Assembly: GCF_006345805.1 (NCBI RefSeq)
Contig: NC_043004.1
Coordinates: 61,814,001-61,878,000, forward strand
Direction: 5' to 3'
DNA length: 64,000 bases
From: Octopus sinensis
Lineage: Eukaryota
The notes beneath the pieces are model-generated. The model had not been told where the DNA came from. It saw only the letters and a program-made list of their open reading frames with translations, and did not search any database. Below are positions 12,476 to 25,770 of this stretch, piece by piece (the stretch's first letter is position 1; each line of letters begins with the position of its first letter). A program made the translations under genes and the position numbers.

Positions 12476-15400
12476 TTATTATTATTATTATTATTATTAT
12501 TGTTATTATTATTATTATTATTATTATGTTTTTTTTTCTTTCTTCAAATTTTCTTCCGTTTCTCGCAGAGTGTTTTCCATACATCTGGGCAGAGAAGGGC
12601 ATTGCATGCATTCCCAGATTACACGCGCAAATTCACAGATAAAATATGTATTTAAAAATTAATAAATAAATAAATTCATGGATGGATGCTATTTTCATAG
12701 CGATAGTGCTCTTCTCACTACATGAGCCGATCCAGTTAATACGATTTTTTGCACTTCCTGTAGGGATGGTTAGCCTGGAGTCATTTTCAAATAGGTTTCA
12801 GTAACTTTTTTTATCATTCCTAGAGATCCTACAATCACTGGTACTGTAGTCGCTTGAGATGCCACATTTTTTCATTTTCTTTAGCAGGTCTTTATATTTA
12901 CTAATCTTGTCAAATTCTTTCGCCGCTTTTGTGGATCACAGGGAATACTCATGTCAATTAATAAACACTCCTTTTTGGCTGATCTTTTATAATATATCCG
13001 GTTTATTAGCTTTTACAGTCCTGTCGGTCTGCACGGGGAAGTCCCATAGAATCGACACATTTTCTCCCTCAGTCACAGCTTCAGGATGATGTTTATACCA
13101 TTTGTCAGCGGTTTTGATTTTATAATGCCGACATATTGTCCAAAGTAAATACTTGCCGACTCTGTCATGCCTTTCTTTATATTCTGCAGGTGCTAAGACT
13201 CTACACCCTGAGATTAGGTGGTCTATTTTTTCAGTCTCATTGTTACAGAATCGGCATTTTGGGTCAGCTCCATTTTTCATCACATTGGCTTGGTAGTTCC
13301 GGGTTAATAAGCTTTTGTCTTGAGCAGGTAATATGAAACCTTCACTCTCTGCTTTTAGCCCTGAGCTTCGTAACCATTGGTGTGTGTGTTTCTGGTCGAC
13401 ATCAGCTTGTTTGCTACGGGCCACATACTTGCCATGGAGAGGTTTCTGTTCCCATCTGCTAGCTAAATTTTCATATGCTTTTGTCTTTGCAATTAATTTT
13501 ATTTTCTTTGCAGCTGTAGTTGACGCATTTCCTTCAGCCTGCTCAATCTGGTGGGTACCTAAGAGATCAGCAGCGATTTATTTGCTTTCTTTGAGAATAG
13601 AGTGAAGTTTTGTAGGTCTTTCATGTTTTTTCAACAAGTTTTAGCATCCAATCGTTGGTTGCTTCAAGGTATTTGGCCAGTCCGATTGTGGTGGTTTTAT
13701 ATGTAAGTTCAAGCTGGATCAAACCTCGACCTTCCTGACCTCTGGGAAGGTAAAGGCGATCCACGTCTGCCTTTGGATGGTGCATCTTATTACAAGTCAG
13801 TAGCTTGCGATTTTTCTGTCAATTTTCATTTTTTCACTAGTATTCCAGTTAAGCACATTGAAGCTATAGAGAACAAATGGTACTGCTAAGGAATTTATGG
13901 CTAAAACCTTATTATATGCATTCAGCTCAGACTTCAGGACTGCTCGGCCTCTTCTATAACATCTTTCCCACCTTCTCTTTCATGCTTGCATGCTGGATAC
14001 CAGAGCCTCATTATTCCTAGGTATTTATAGGTTTGTTCCTGCTCAAGTTCCTTTATTACTATTTCGACATCTAATTCGATTGAACTAACTTTACCAATTT
14101 CCCTTGGTTAAAGTGGGCTTTGGCACACTTTCAAGGTCAAACTCCATCCTGATATCATCACTGAATCCTTTCATTACTTTGTGTAATATCCTTCCAAGCT
14201 CTTCATCATCTTGCCATATAGCTTGAAGTCCTCCATAAAAAATAGATGACTTCTGTTCTGTTGCAAATTTGTAGCCTATTATTTCATGCTTGCATGCTGG
14301 ATACCAGAGCCTTCACTTATTCCTAGGTATTTATAGGTTTGTTCCTGCTCAAGTTCCTTTATTACTATTTCGACATCTAATTCGATTGAACTAGACTTTA
14401 CCAATTTCCCTTTGTTAAAAGTGGCTTTGGCACACTTTTCAAGGTCAAACTCCATCCTGATATCATCACTGAATCCTAGACTTTACCAATTTCCCTTGTT
14501 AAAAAAGTGGATTTTGGCACACTTTTCAAGGTCAAACTCCATCCTGATATCATCACTGAATCCTTTCACTTTGTGTAATAATCCTTCAAGCTCTTCATCA
14601 TCTTTGCCATATAGCTTTAAGTCATCCATATAAAATAGATGACTTATTTTTCTGTTGTCAAATTTGTAGCCATATTCTATTCAGTTCACTTGAGAGTGGT
14701 ATTAGTGCTATGCAGAATCTTAGTGGTAAAAGTGAGTCACATTATGCTAATGTTGTTTGAGTGCAATACTCCATTAGAATGATATAATTGGAGCTTCGTG
14801 TTCCATAGTGACATATTATACTTTAAAAAATCTGAAATCACAGGAGAAATTTTGAAAATGTCCAGTGATTTCAAAATCCACGAATGTGGTATGCTGTGAA
14901 AGGCTTTCTTATAATCAATCCATGAAGAGCTGAGATTTCTGCGCTTGTTATGGCAGTTCTCAAGGATCATGCGATTAATTAGGATCTGATCTTTGCATCC
15001 GTATGAGCCTCGTCTGCATCCTTGAGTCGATTCGGCAGATGGTCGCCTTTCAGCCAATGCTTGTGGCCCAACATTCCTCTCCTCAGCTACGTTATTTTTT
15101 TCCTGACTTACATTTAAGTCATTCTCTACCACTTTTTTTAATAGAGGTTAATTCTGCATCTGTGAGTCTGGTATTTCTGAAGATATCTCTTCTAACATTT
15201 CCTAATTCTGTAGGAGTTTGCAGTGTTTTTCTTAATGCAAAGTAATAAGCATATATTACTTCTTTATATTCTTCCCGGTTCCATTTAGTTCTTTTACTTT
15301 TTTGATTTTCTGGTCGTTGTGGTAGTGAACTTTGGGGGCTTAATTTGGGACAAATCCCGTTTAAGTGACCTTCCAGGTTCGTATTCGGGGAAGATATTCT

Positions 15401-15530
15401 GCCATTTGAAAATTTTTCGCCATCAGGCTGGCAGCCTCCTGGGGGCGCGCTTCCTATATAACCATTGGACAAGCGATTCGGTGTATTGTTAGAAATTTTC
15501 TTTTCAAGTAAACTTAAATTATTATTAAGT
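12438..15530 (-). mobile_element. R4/Dong-type RLE non-LTR retrotransposon, internally deleted and frameshifted
   Basis: N-terminal KRTKWNREEY. RT motifs GCRRGSYGCKDQILI and WIDYKKAF. Zinc knuckle CRFC..DHLISGC, RHD, and KPDI endonuclease. C-terminal VQKIVLTGSAHVVRRAL with stop at 12695. (TAA)n tail at 12438-12527. Confidence 0.9.
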
Positions 15531-15656
15531 TTTCTTTAAAAAAAAATAAAATAAATAAAAAAATAAAATAAAAAAATAAAAGATAAAAATTTTTTTAAAA
15601 ATTAAATAAAAGATTTAACCACTAATTTACATATAGGGGCCTCATTTATCATCATT

Positions 15657-16155
15657 AGCAGCAGCAGCAGCCCCAGTAGTTGTAGCAGCAGCAATATCAT
15701 TGTCAGCAGTTGGAGCGGTAGTGGTAGTAGCAATAGTAATGTCCGCAGCAACAGCATCAGCAGCAGCAGTGGTAGTATCAGCAGCTGTGGTAGTACCAGT
15801 AGTAGTAGTAGCAGCGGTGGCAGCAGCTGCAGCAGCAGCAACAGCAGCAATGGTAGCAATAGTAGTAGTAGTGTCAGCGGCAGCAGTGGTAGCAGCAGCA
15901 GTAGTAGCAGCAACAGCAGCAGTAGTAGTGGCCGTAGTTGTAGCAGCAGCAGTGGTAGCAGCAGCAGTGGTAGCAGCAGCAGTGGTAGCAGCAGCAGTAG
16001 TAGTGGTCGCAGCTCTAGCAGCAGCGGCAGCAGTGGTAGCAGCAGTAGTAGTAATTGAAGCAGTAGTGGTAGCAGCAGCAGCAGTAGCAGCAGTAGTAGT
16101 AGCAGTAATAGCTACAGCAGCAGCAGTACCAGTAGCAGTAGTAGTAGTAGTGGTA
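15657..16155. repeat. Compound (GCA/GTA/GTG)n trinucleotide tract
   Basis: About 500 bp of in-register AGC/AGT/GGT triplets. Confidence 0.95.
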
Positions 16156-16649
16156 AGTGTGGCTCATGTATTTTTTTTAGGTCGGGTGGGGACTTATCGG
16201 TCAAAAAAAGTTCAAATGTCTACTACTACTAGCAGCGAACAGTGACCTTAACCTTAAGAAAAATTAAGGAAGGGCTGTTCTGTATTATTTGTGAATAGAG
16301 AAGTTGTGTTAGGCCAGAGAGAATCTATAGTTAGCATCATTATTTTTTTCCATGTGTGCTTGTGTTATTGCAATAAAAAGTGTTTGCATATTTCGTGTAA
16401 GGTAATATTGTAGAGGTTGAAGTTGACTTTTCTAGAGATGTTTGTATGTCCAGTTAGAAGAACATGTGTGTTTTTACAATAAAAAGTAACGTTTACATTT
16501 ATATTTGAATATTCAGGAAGGAAGCAAAGAAAAGTCAGATTTTCATAGACAGTTTTAAGGTTTTAAGATAGTCTTTTGTAAGTCCACACAAAGAAAAGCG
16601 TGATGTTTTTAGAGAGAAGAAAAAAATTATTATTATTATTATCATTACT

Positions 16650-16800
16650 GTTAGTGTTCAGGTGACTGCTTGCATTCGAATCGTGGGGTTAGTAGTCCGC
16701 TCTCTCAACCACTACGCTATATGCCTGTGGACAATTATGGAGTGAATTTTAGGGCTTATAAATCTAATAGTTTTCGTCAGTAGGCTTTAACGAAACCACT
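16650..16800 (-). mobile_element. tRNA-derived SINE 5' fragment
   Basis: Minus strand ATAGCGTAGTGGTTGAGAG...GATTCGAATGC resembles Pol III A and B boxes. Confidence 0.45.
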
Positions 16801-16859
16801 TCAGATACTTTTCCAAAGTTTCCTTGCAAGTGCTATACACCCCCAAAAAGCTGAAAGAG

Positions 16860-18290
16860 GTGGAAGCTTAGCAGAGGCCAAAAAATACAAGACAAACTTT
16901 CTGACTTCACATATCAGTAAAGTCATGTAGTGAATCATCGGAACGAAGTTGATAATGTTCCTAGAAGAGATTGGCCTACTGAACAATACTCAGCATGACT
17001 TCCATCCAGAAAGAAGCTGTCTCACACAGCTCCTACAGCACTTTAACTGGGTTTTGAAACAGCTGCTACACCATTCAGATGTCAGTGTGATATACGTTGA
17101 CTTCGCAAAGGCATTTGATAAGGTAGATCGTGGCACGATAAGTCATAATGTACGTAACCTTGGCATTGCTGGTAAACTGGGAGAGTGGCTGCATGACTTC
17201 CTTAAAAGCAGAAGTGAAATAGTTGCAGCCAATGGTGTCCTTTCTGAGGAAACTCAAATCCTAAGTGTTGTTCCCCAGGGAACTATTCTTGGCCCATTAC
17301 TGTTCATATTACCTGTCTCAGACATGCCCACAGTCAATTGGAGAGTCACAGTCACTAACTATTTCAATGACACAAAATTATCAAGGGCAATAAAGAACCA
17401 AGATGATGTCACAAGCTTACAGCGGGATCTAAATTCATAACGCAAGTGGGCTGAAATAAATAAAATGCAGTTTAATACTGGAAAGTTTTAAGCACTGCAC
17501 TATTAATTCTCGAATATAGGACAATTTACATTTACAGGACTCGCAGGCACTACAATGCCAGAGTGACAGGCAGTGAAAGACTTGGGGATCAGTATGTGAA
17601 AAGACGCATCATTTCATATGCACATTAGCAAGATGGCAACAAAATACAGACAACTGGCAGGATGGATAATGAGGTCCTTCAGGAGAACAGTCCAAAAAAC
17701 TATGTCGATCCTGTGGAGAACCTTTGTTATCAAACGCCTGGACTATTGCCCCTAGTTCAGGTCACCACAGAGTGCCACACTAACAGCGGAGCGTGAAGCA
17801 ATCCAGCGCCAGTACACTAAAAAGATTGAAACAGTGCAGCGGATAAGCTACAGGGATAGGCTGAGAACACTACTGCTTTACTCCCTGCATCGAAGACGTG
17901 AGAGATATGCAATAATATATATATATATATATCAAAATCCCAGAAACGCTATTATCTATCTTTGGCATTAAGTGTTATAAAAATGCCAGAACTGGCAGCC
18001 ATTGTTTGGCACTAAAGGTACTATCCACACCATCTAAATTCAGGAGCTATTTCTGCAATAATCTACGTTTCAAAGGCCCTCAGCTATTCAATGCCCTTCC
18101 ACAAAAAAATAAGAAATATACATAAGGTGGAAGTAGATGCCTTCAAAAAAGAAGTAGACATCATCCTCTCCACAATACTGGATAAGCCAACAGCCCATCA
18201 TGAGGCACAGATGAGAGCAGCGGAATCAAACTCCCTTATACACCAAATATACCAACAGCTGGGGAAGAGGCACAGGCAGGTGTGATGATG
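16860..18290 (+). mobile_element. CR1-type LINE, 5'-truncated RT pseudogene
   Basis: QHDFHPERSCLTQLL, YVDFAKAFDKV, VPQGTILGPLLF and decayed YFNDTKL, followed by a thumb region with EAIQR and RRRERY-like motifs. Confidence 0.88.
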
Positions 18291-18499
18291 TGAAACACTC
18301 ACACTCAGGAAGCCAGAAAGACCATGGTGGTGCTGCAATATGACCGCGGCCGCTTGGCTTGAACGAGTAAAAGTGTAACGTTTTAAACCTAAGAAACCGC
18401 TTGCATAGAGTTACTGTTTCGCTTACAGATTGTATTTCCAATGCGGGAATCAGTTCTTTGATTTATTGTCTGAAAATCTAAGCTTATCCCACCAGACAC

Positions 18500-18930
18500 T
18501 TAGGCTTTTATTTACAAAAGTAAGTGCTCCTTTCGTTATTGATATAAATGTAAATTTCGAAGTAGTTGTCCCTTGCTATCTTCTTTCTTTCTGATTTTCA
18601 AAGAGTTATTTCACATTTCCAGAGCAGCTGACCTCTATGAAGGTACATATCTTTTCTTGTGTATCATAAACAATGATATCTGGCACATTATGCTTACACT
18701 TGACAGATGTATTGATGGGAATGTTTCACCAACATTCCTTGTGCTTGCATATGTGTATGTATTCAAGAATAGGGGTATTCTCTATACCTGTTCCAGGAGA
18801 GTCTTTATTCCGAATGGCATTGTATATTGTCTTTGTAACAACGTCATATTACACAGGGGATTTGTACCTAGACGATATTATTGGACAGTATATCAGAGCC
18901 TGTGTCTTGCAGTTCATATTCGTACTTTTC
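18500..18930 (-). mobile_element. Decayed RLE-type LINE C-terminus (restriction-like endonuclease)
   Basis: Minus frame reads CPIISSRY..YDVVTKTIY..W*NIPINTSVKCKHNVPDIIVYDTQEKICTFIEVSC. Confidence 0.7.
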
Positions 18931-18959
18931 TGACAGGAGATCTATTTAAAATATTGGCG

Positions 18960-19560
18960 GGGAAACATTGTCCTAATATTTGAAGTTGCTGTTCACGCTA
19001 CATGTTTTACATGTTATCGTCATACTTCTTCAGGGATAATTTTCAATTATCCTCTGATGTAAATTTACCTATATGAGTTGTTGTATTTTATGTTTATGAG
19101 TGACGTCTATTGTATTGTGTACGATGTTAATTAACAGGAATTTTCATTTTGGGATTTTATAAGAGTATTATTGGATTTGCTTTTATGGCGAGAAAAATTT
19201 CGGTCACTCCGGGACATTTTGTATTCATAAATGTACTGAAATTTTGCTCAATATTTGTATTGGTGGCCTCAATTGAACGATGCCTGCTTTCAAGGGATAT
19301 TTCAAGAGATAACTCTGTTAATTTTAGGATGCCTTTGTGTTCATTGAGTCGAACCCAACGTACATTTAATCAACTACTACTTCACAGATACGTCTTGGCT
19401 TACTATAAGGTATATTCCTTTTAATGTGTGAGAGATGATCCGAGTAGAAGGTAAAGAAACTGATTTGTGTCAGTCTTGTTGTAAAATATATCCGTTGTTA
19501 CTATGGAGACGCGCAGATTTATGTGAATGCTTAGAAATAGAAAGTCATCGTGACTAGTTT
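18960..19560 (-). mobile_element. Decayed Penelope-like RT C-terminus/thumb
   Basis: TDIFYNKTDTNQFL, HIKRNIPYSKPRRIC and a CKTC linker. Confidence 0.65.
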
Positions 19561-19749
19561 ATGTTGTGTATTTGACTGAAAGCTGACGGGTAATGAGAAT
19601 GTTATTGAATATTTGTAGATCGTCATTACATTTCTCTCACTGATGAATCTCTGAAAAGTGGTAAAAGCTACAAATAAATGATTATCCAAAATACTTTCTA
19701 AATACCGTTTGAACAACTTCTAAATATCAATATATAAAAATCTGCATTC

Positions 19750-20480
19750 CACTTTAAATAGCCTGTGCATATTTATCCGGATGTACCAGCCATCAGTTTC
19801 AAAGGATTACCAACAAACTCACAACCGAGAGATACCAAAAACATACAGGAACTCCTCACATATATATCTTGTTACCTGAATCTACTCATCTGAAAACTAG
19901 ACAATATTTTCCGCTACAAATAAAGCTGTGAATGATATTAAATCACAAAAAATCTCCTTAAAGATACTATAGCGGTGAAAACAAACGATACAATCTATCA
20001 ATGAGCAAACCCTCGCAAAGAAAAGGTTAGAATAATGAAACAAAAGTTGATATATAAAAAAATGTATTCTGCGTGATAATACCAAAAATCGGTGAATCAT
20101 AAATAACAGGAGTTCGCCCCAGAAAATCACTTGACAGAAAAAATTGGAGAACTAGAGGGTGAAAAGCTAGAAGAAACGAACATACCTGCCAAGTTAGCAT
20201 TACGCCATTTGAAAAAAGAAGTATCCATTCTCCAATCACGAAAACCATGATATGCAGAAAGAATCAAAATAATAAATGCAGTCATTTGTGCTTAAATCGC
20301 AGTAGGAAGTGACAGTAAGTTTCAAGACAACTTTCAAAACAATTTTGATTGAGACTAATTCACTTTGGCTTCTTAAATGTTCATCAATACCAACCAACAA
20401 ACCCAGAACAAGATCACAGTCGAATCCTGGGTAGCAAGATAACCACGCAAAGAATACAATTTCAACACTCAGACACAATG
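19750..20480 (+). mobile_element. Possible heavily decayed PLE-like fragment
   Basis: Weak resemblance only (NKAVNDIKSQKISLKIL; DHSRILGSKI). Confidence 0.25.
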
Positions 20481-20712
20481 ACGCCCTTCTCTCACCCTTT
20501 TCCCTACTTTCTTTTTTCTTTCATTTTTTCGTTCATTCTTTCTTTCCTTTATGTTCCTCTCTGTATTGCTTTCTTTCTTTTTATCTCTCTTCTCCTGTCA
20601 TTCTTCCTTTCTTTTTAATTTTTATCGATTTGTTTCTTCTCCCTTTTACACAGCCCTCACAAATTCAGTGCAGACATAAACTTTGACATGCATACCAACA
20701 CTCATACATATA

Positions 20713-21925
20713 CAGGGGTTGGACAAAATAATGAAAGCAATTTGAAACTCCAAACAAATGTATTTTAATAAGTGGTGCATCGACTTTGACAGTAATTACA
20801 GCTTGAATTCTTCGAGGTATGGCCTCGTACTAAGTTTGAAATGTTTCCAAAGGAATTTTTGTATATTCTTCAGCAAAAACTTTTAGTCATGATGGTGGAA
20901 GATGTCGACACCTTACGTGCTTTTCTAAAATGCATCATAATTGTTCAATAATATTGAGATCTGGGGAATGTGGTGAAAAGATAATCAACTTCACTAGACT
21001 GTTCATCGTGCCATTCAGTAAATGTGTGAATTGGTGCATTATCATCCTGAAAGATTGCGTATCCCTCCGGAAACAGTTCCGCAACCATAGGATGAATTTG
21101 ATCTGATAAAATGTTTAAACAGTCTTCACTATTAATTCTACCATGAAGGGAAACCACAGGGCCGGCGGATTTCCAAGATATATCCCCCACCCCAGATCAT
21201 CACAGATCTTCCTCCATGGGTAACATCTGGAAGAAAGTAGTATGCGTCGAATGCTTCTTTTGGCTGTCTCCACGCGTATACTCGGCCGGTGATCGGAAAT
21301 AAGGTGAAGGATGACCAATTCTGTAGGTTTTTACTCCACTCTAAACGCTTTTCAACGTCTTTTTTTTTTAAAGTGGTAGTCTTCTGATTGCAACCCCCCC
21401 CCCGTGAAATCCGGCTTTGTGCAGCTTCCGGGAAACAGTTTATGTGGTAACTGGGTTCTCGAGGTGGTCATTACGCTCTTCAGTAATTTTGAGAGCTGTA
21501 CTGTTATTATCCTTTCTAAGAATTCACTTATGAGTCCGACGGTCCATATCTGAATATTTTGGTTTTCTTCCTGAGTTTTGTTTCTACGAGGAGGTTTACC
21601 CCTCTTTCTCAACGGTTATCACTACTTTCCAGACAGTACTTCTTGATACACCAAACATTTCAGCAGTTTTCTTTACGCTAGCGCCTACCATACGAGCATC
21701 GACAATTTGACCTCTTTGAAAGTACGATATATCTTTCATGTTAGTGAATTTCGATTACCTTTTTTGATTATATCTGAAAAGAAACAATTTTAGCAAAACA
21801 TATTAAGCAAGACTAATAATAAATAAAAAAAACATAAAAATAAACAAGTTTTTTACAGTTTTATAGATATTTCAAATTTTTGATGCTATGATGTTAGGTG
21901 TTTCAATTATTTTGTCCAACCACTG
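20713..21925 (-). mobile_element. Tc1-family DNA transposon, full span, transposase pseudogene
   Basis: TIRs CAGGGGTTGGACAAAATAAT / ATTATTTTGTCCAACCACTG with TA on both flanks. ATG at 21739 (MKDISYFQRGQIVDARMVGASV, HTH). DDE motif FQDDNAPIH. Confidence 0.92.
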
Positions 21926-22147
21926 TACATAAACACATATACCATTGCACATATAGATTCCAAATAATAAAGAACAATTTCTTCCAAATTTAACACCAGA
22001 CACTGTCACCGAACTCAGATATCAATAAAAGACATACATTTTCAGTGAAAATATCATTCGTTACTATACTTTGAAACGAGACGAAAGTTCTAAATAAATA
22101 GTTATCCAAAATTTTGACCAGCTCCTTCTTATCATGAAAAACAAAAA

Positions 22148-22194
<47 letters not shown>

Positions 22195-22224
22195 TGTATA
22201 TTATAAATATGTGTGTATATATAT

Positions 22225-22309
<85 letters not shown>

Positions 22310-22987
22310 TTCATATATATATATATATATATGATTGTACTGAGAAAGAGAGAGACAGAGATACTCACAGAGACACACTGCAACAACATGTGTACCTCAT
22401 AAATGTGTGTATATAATCGTTTGTCAAAGTATTTAAACAAACCAAAGAGAAACGCAATTTAAAATAACAAAACAGCAGCAACGCAACGATAATCAAATAT
22501 AAACACTACAATATAAGTTGGCGATTTTAGGTTTGTTTCTCTAGAAAGGAATTTACTAAAATAAAACGAAAATCGAGGCGATAAATTTAAAAAGATCCCC
22601 TTGAGTGTTTATGTATGAGTGATATCGTACTTATGTACGTAAGAACACATACACAGATATAGAGATATTGTACCTGTGAGTATTTTTGTAAGTGTGTATG
22701 TACGTGTGCGTAAATGTGTAATTTTGGTCTACTTAAGGTTATCCACTCCTGTTTACTTTGCTTCGGCTGCGACTATAATTTGCGGAGACGAAAATAAAAA
22801 TAATTGTTTTAAGATTTACATTCCATTATATACAAGATAACTTAAATGCACTTTGTGTAAGGTTTACACACAATCGGACACCACGCATACACACATTTAT
22901 ATATATAAATGTATGGATAAGTGCGCACATACATATATACATACATAAATACACACACACACACATATATATATATATAGATATATC

Positions 22988-23063
<76 letters not shown>

Positions 23064-23198
23064 TGGATATATGCGTACATACATACATACATACATATAT
23101 ACATATATACATATATATAGGTATCTATGTATTTATGTGTATATATATATGTATACCTGTAGGCATATATATATGTATACATATATAGGCATATACAT

Positions 23199-23235
<37 letters not shown>

Positions 23236-24319
23236 TGTACGTATATATAGATATATATAGGTATATATAGGTGTACAATTACATATACGTATATAATACA
23301 CATATACACATATATATGCATACATATATCCAAATATTTATATAACATGTATAACTGGATATATATAATTATATGTATACAGATATATGCATATATATAT
23401 GTGTGTGTGTGTGTGTTCTTGTTGTGTGCGAATAAAAGAAAAAGATAAATGTACAAATCAACATATGTCCTATTTAAATGCTTGTAGTAACAGTTTGTGA
23501 TTTTGTTCCTATTCTTAACTCCTAGCCGACCGACTGGCTATCTAGAAGACATAACCACAGAATCTGAATATCGCCTACATTCCCACAAGCTGTGCGAAAA
23601 TTGTTCCCTATATTTACTTTAAATGCCACTTTGAAACCTATAATACCGAATCCACAAGGTGTTGTAATTATGACTGAATATTTGAAAACTTGTTGAAAAC
23701 TGCTATATTACCGAAAAGTGAAGAGGCGTTGCCTACACGTTCGTTGTAAATTATTAATCTCTTGCAACAACTGTTGAATTTAAATTATTGAGTAATTCGC
23801 TTCTTTTATGACAAATGTGAATGTAAAATCGTTTTATAATGGAATATAGCGAACTGCGTGAAATATGAGCACTTTTTCTGAGAGACATTGTCATCAAACA
23901 TTATAAAGCATATATCTAATTACATACAAGTTCATTAAAGAAGAAAACATTATCAATGTACAATGAATCAGGTATAATTAATGAGATGGCTGCACGGCGT
24001 TTCTAATAATTGTTTCAATAAACTTTTTTTCTATAAATTTATAATTAGATATTTCTCGAAACTATATAAAACCCACACCTTTCACGCGTAGTATTCCACT
24101 AAACTTAGCGCGGTCCCACAACTACATAGGACACGTAGGGCTGACTGAATCCAATTAATACTCACTGTAATCCATTCAGCAGATAAAGAAGCAGTGATTT
24201 TCAAATGTTCATACGGACTAATATACCTAGGGGCACACACATGTATGTAACAAAAACGCGCGCGAACACACATCTGTACATATGTACATATACGTATGTA
24301 CATATATATATATATATAA

Positions 24320-24372
<53 letters not shown>

Positions 24373-24379
24373 GTGTGTG

Positions 24380-24410
<31 letters not shown>

Positions 24411-24659
24411 TTGTGTGTATACTGCGGCACTCCGTCGATTACGACGTCGAGGATTCCAGCTGATCCAATCAACGGAAGAGCCTGCCCGTGAAATTAACGT
24501 GCAAGTGGATGTGTATTCCACAGACACGTGTACCTTTAACGTACTTCTCGGGGAGATTCAGCATGACACAGACTGTTACAAGGCTGGCCCTTTGAAACAA
24601 CAGAAACAGGAAGAAAGAGTGAGAGAAATTTGTGGTAAAAGAGTGCAAGAGTGCCCCCC

Positions 24660-24742
24660 CCCCCCGCTGCCGGAGTCTCGAAACCGCTATCCTATTACCG
24701 CCAGTACGCTGCTCTAACGTCCGGGCCATTACGCCTAATCAT
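24660..24742 (-). mobile_element. tRNA-like SINE head
   Basis: GGCGTAATGGCCCGGACGTTAGAGCAGCG...GGTTTCGAGACTCC is a degenerate A/B box arrangement. Confidence 0.4.
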
Positions 24743-24841
24743 GTATATATACATATATGAGTGTATATATATATCGAGCCAACACACACGCATACATACA
24801 TTATACATACATATATACATATACATACATACATATATACA

Positions 24842-24929
<88 letters not shown>

Positions 24930-25257
24930 CACTCATGTAGATACATACTATCCATAAATTTTAAAAGGACAAGATGTTTATTTCAGTCTCAAATCATTGG
25001 ACTCTAATGGCGGAGATCTCTTGGGATTTAGTCAAGAAAAACAAGCAGCTTTATTCACTTTCGCAATTGAAATGCTCGGACATCTGTACCTACACATAGC
25101 ATGTATTATAAATGGTGTAATTTTCAATATTGCCTTCCTCTTTACAATGAACAAATCCTTATGCATCGGAGGAATCTTTTAAGAAATATTGATTTTCGTC
25201 TTATGTGAATGATATTTACAGACTAAATTGAATCTTAGATAAAATAAACCTAGAACC

Positions 25258-25770
25258 GCATAAGTAACAGGGATTGCTGATAGAAACCCTCAAGAAGGGA
25301 GGCAAAAACTTCCTATAGTACAGAAATCTACTATTTGTAGGAAGGTTGCCCTCAAGCTTTTGAATTGTATTTCGCTCAGATTGTTGTCCAACTGCGTAGT
25401 TGATATGTTTTCGACATGTGGACATTTATTATTAAGGATATTAAATATATTTTACTGCAACCGGTATTGCAGACGCCGACCGATCTCATGTCTATGTAAC
25501 GCATAAGTAACAGGAATTGCTGATAGAAACCATTAAGAAGGAACGCAAAACTTCCTGTAGTACGGAAATTTAATATTTGTAGGAAGGTTGTCCTTAAGCT
25601 TTTGAACTGTAGTTGGTTCAGATTGTTGTCGAACTGTGTGGCAGATATGTTTTCGACGCGTAGATATTTGTTTTTAATAGTCGAATCACTGGGGTTGTTA
25701 TTAAGGATATTAAATATATTTTACTGCAACTGGGATTGCAGACTCCGACCGGTCTCACGTCCATGTATAG
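25258..25770. repeat. Diverged tandem duplication, units of about 243 and 270 bp
   Basis: GCATAAGTAACAGG.ATTGCTGATAGAAACC starts at both 25258 and 25501, and the units are colinear. Confidence 0.85.
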
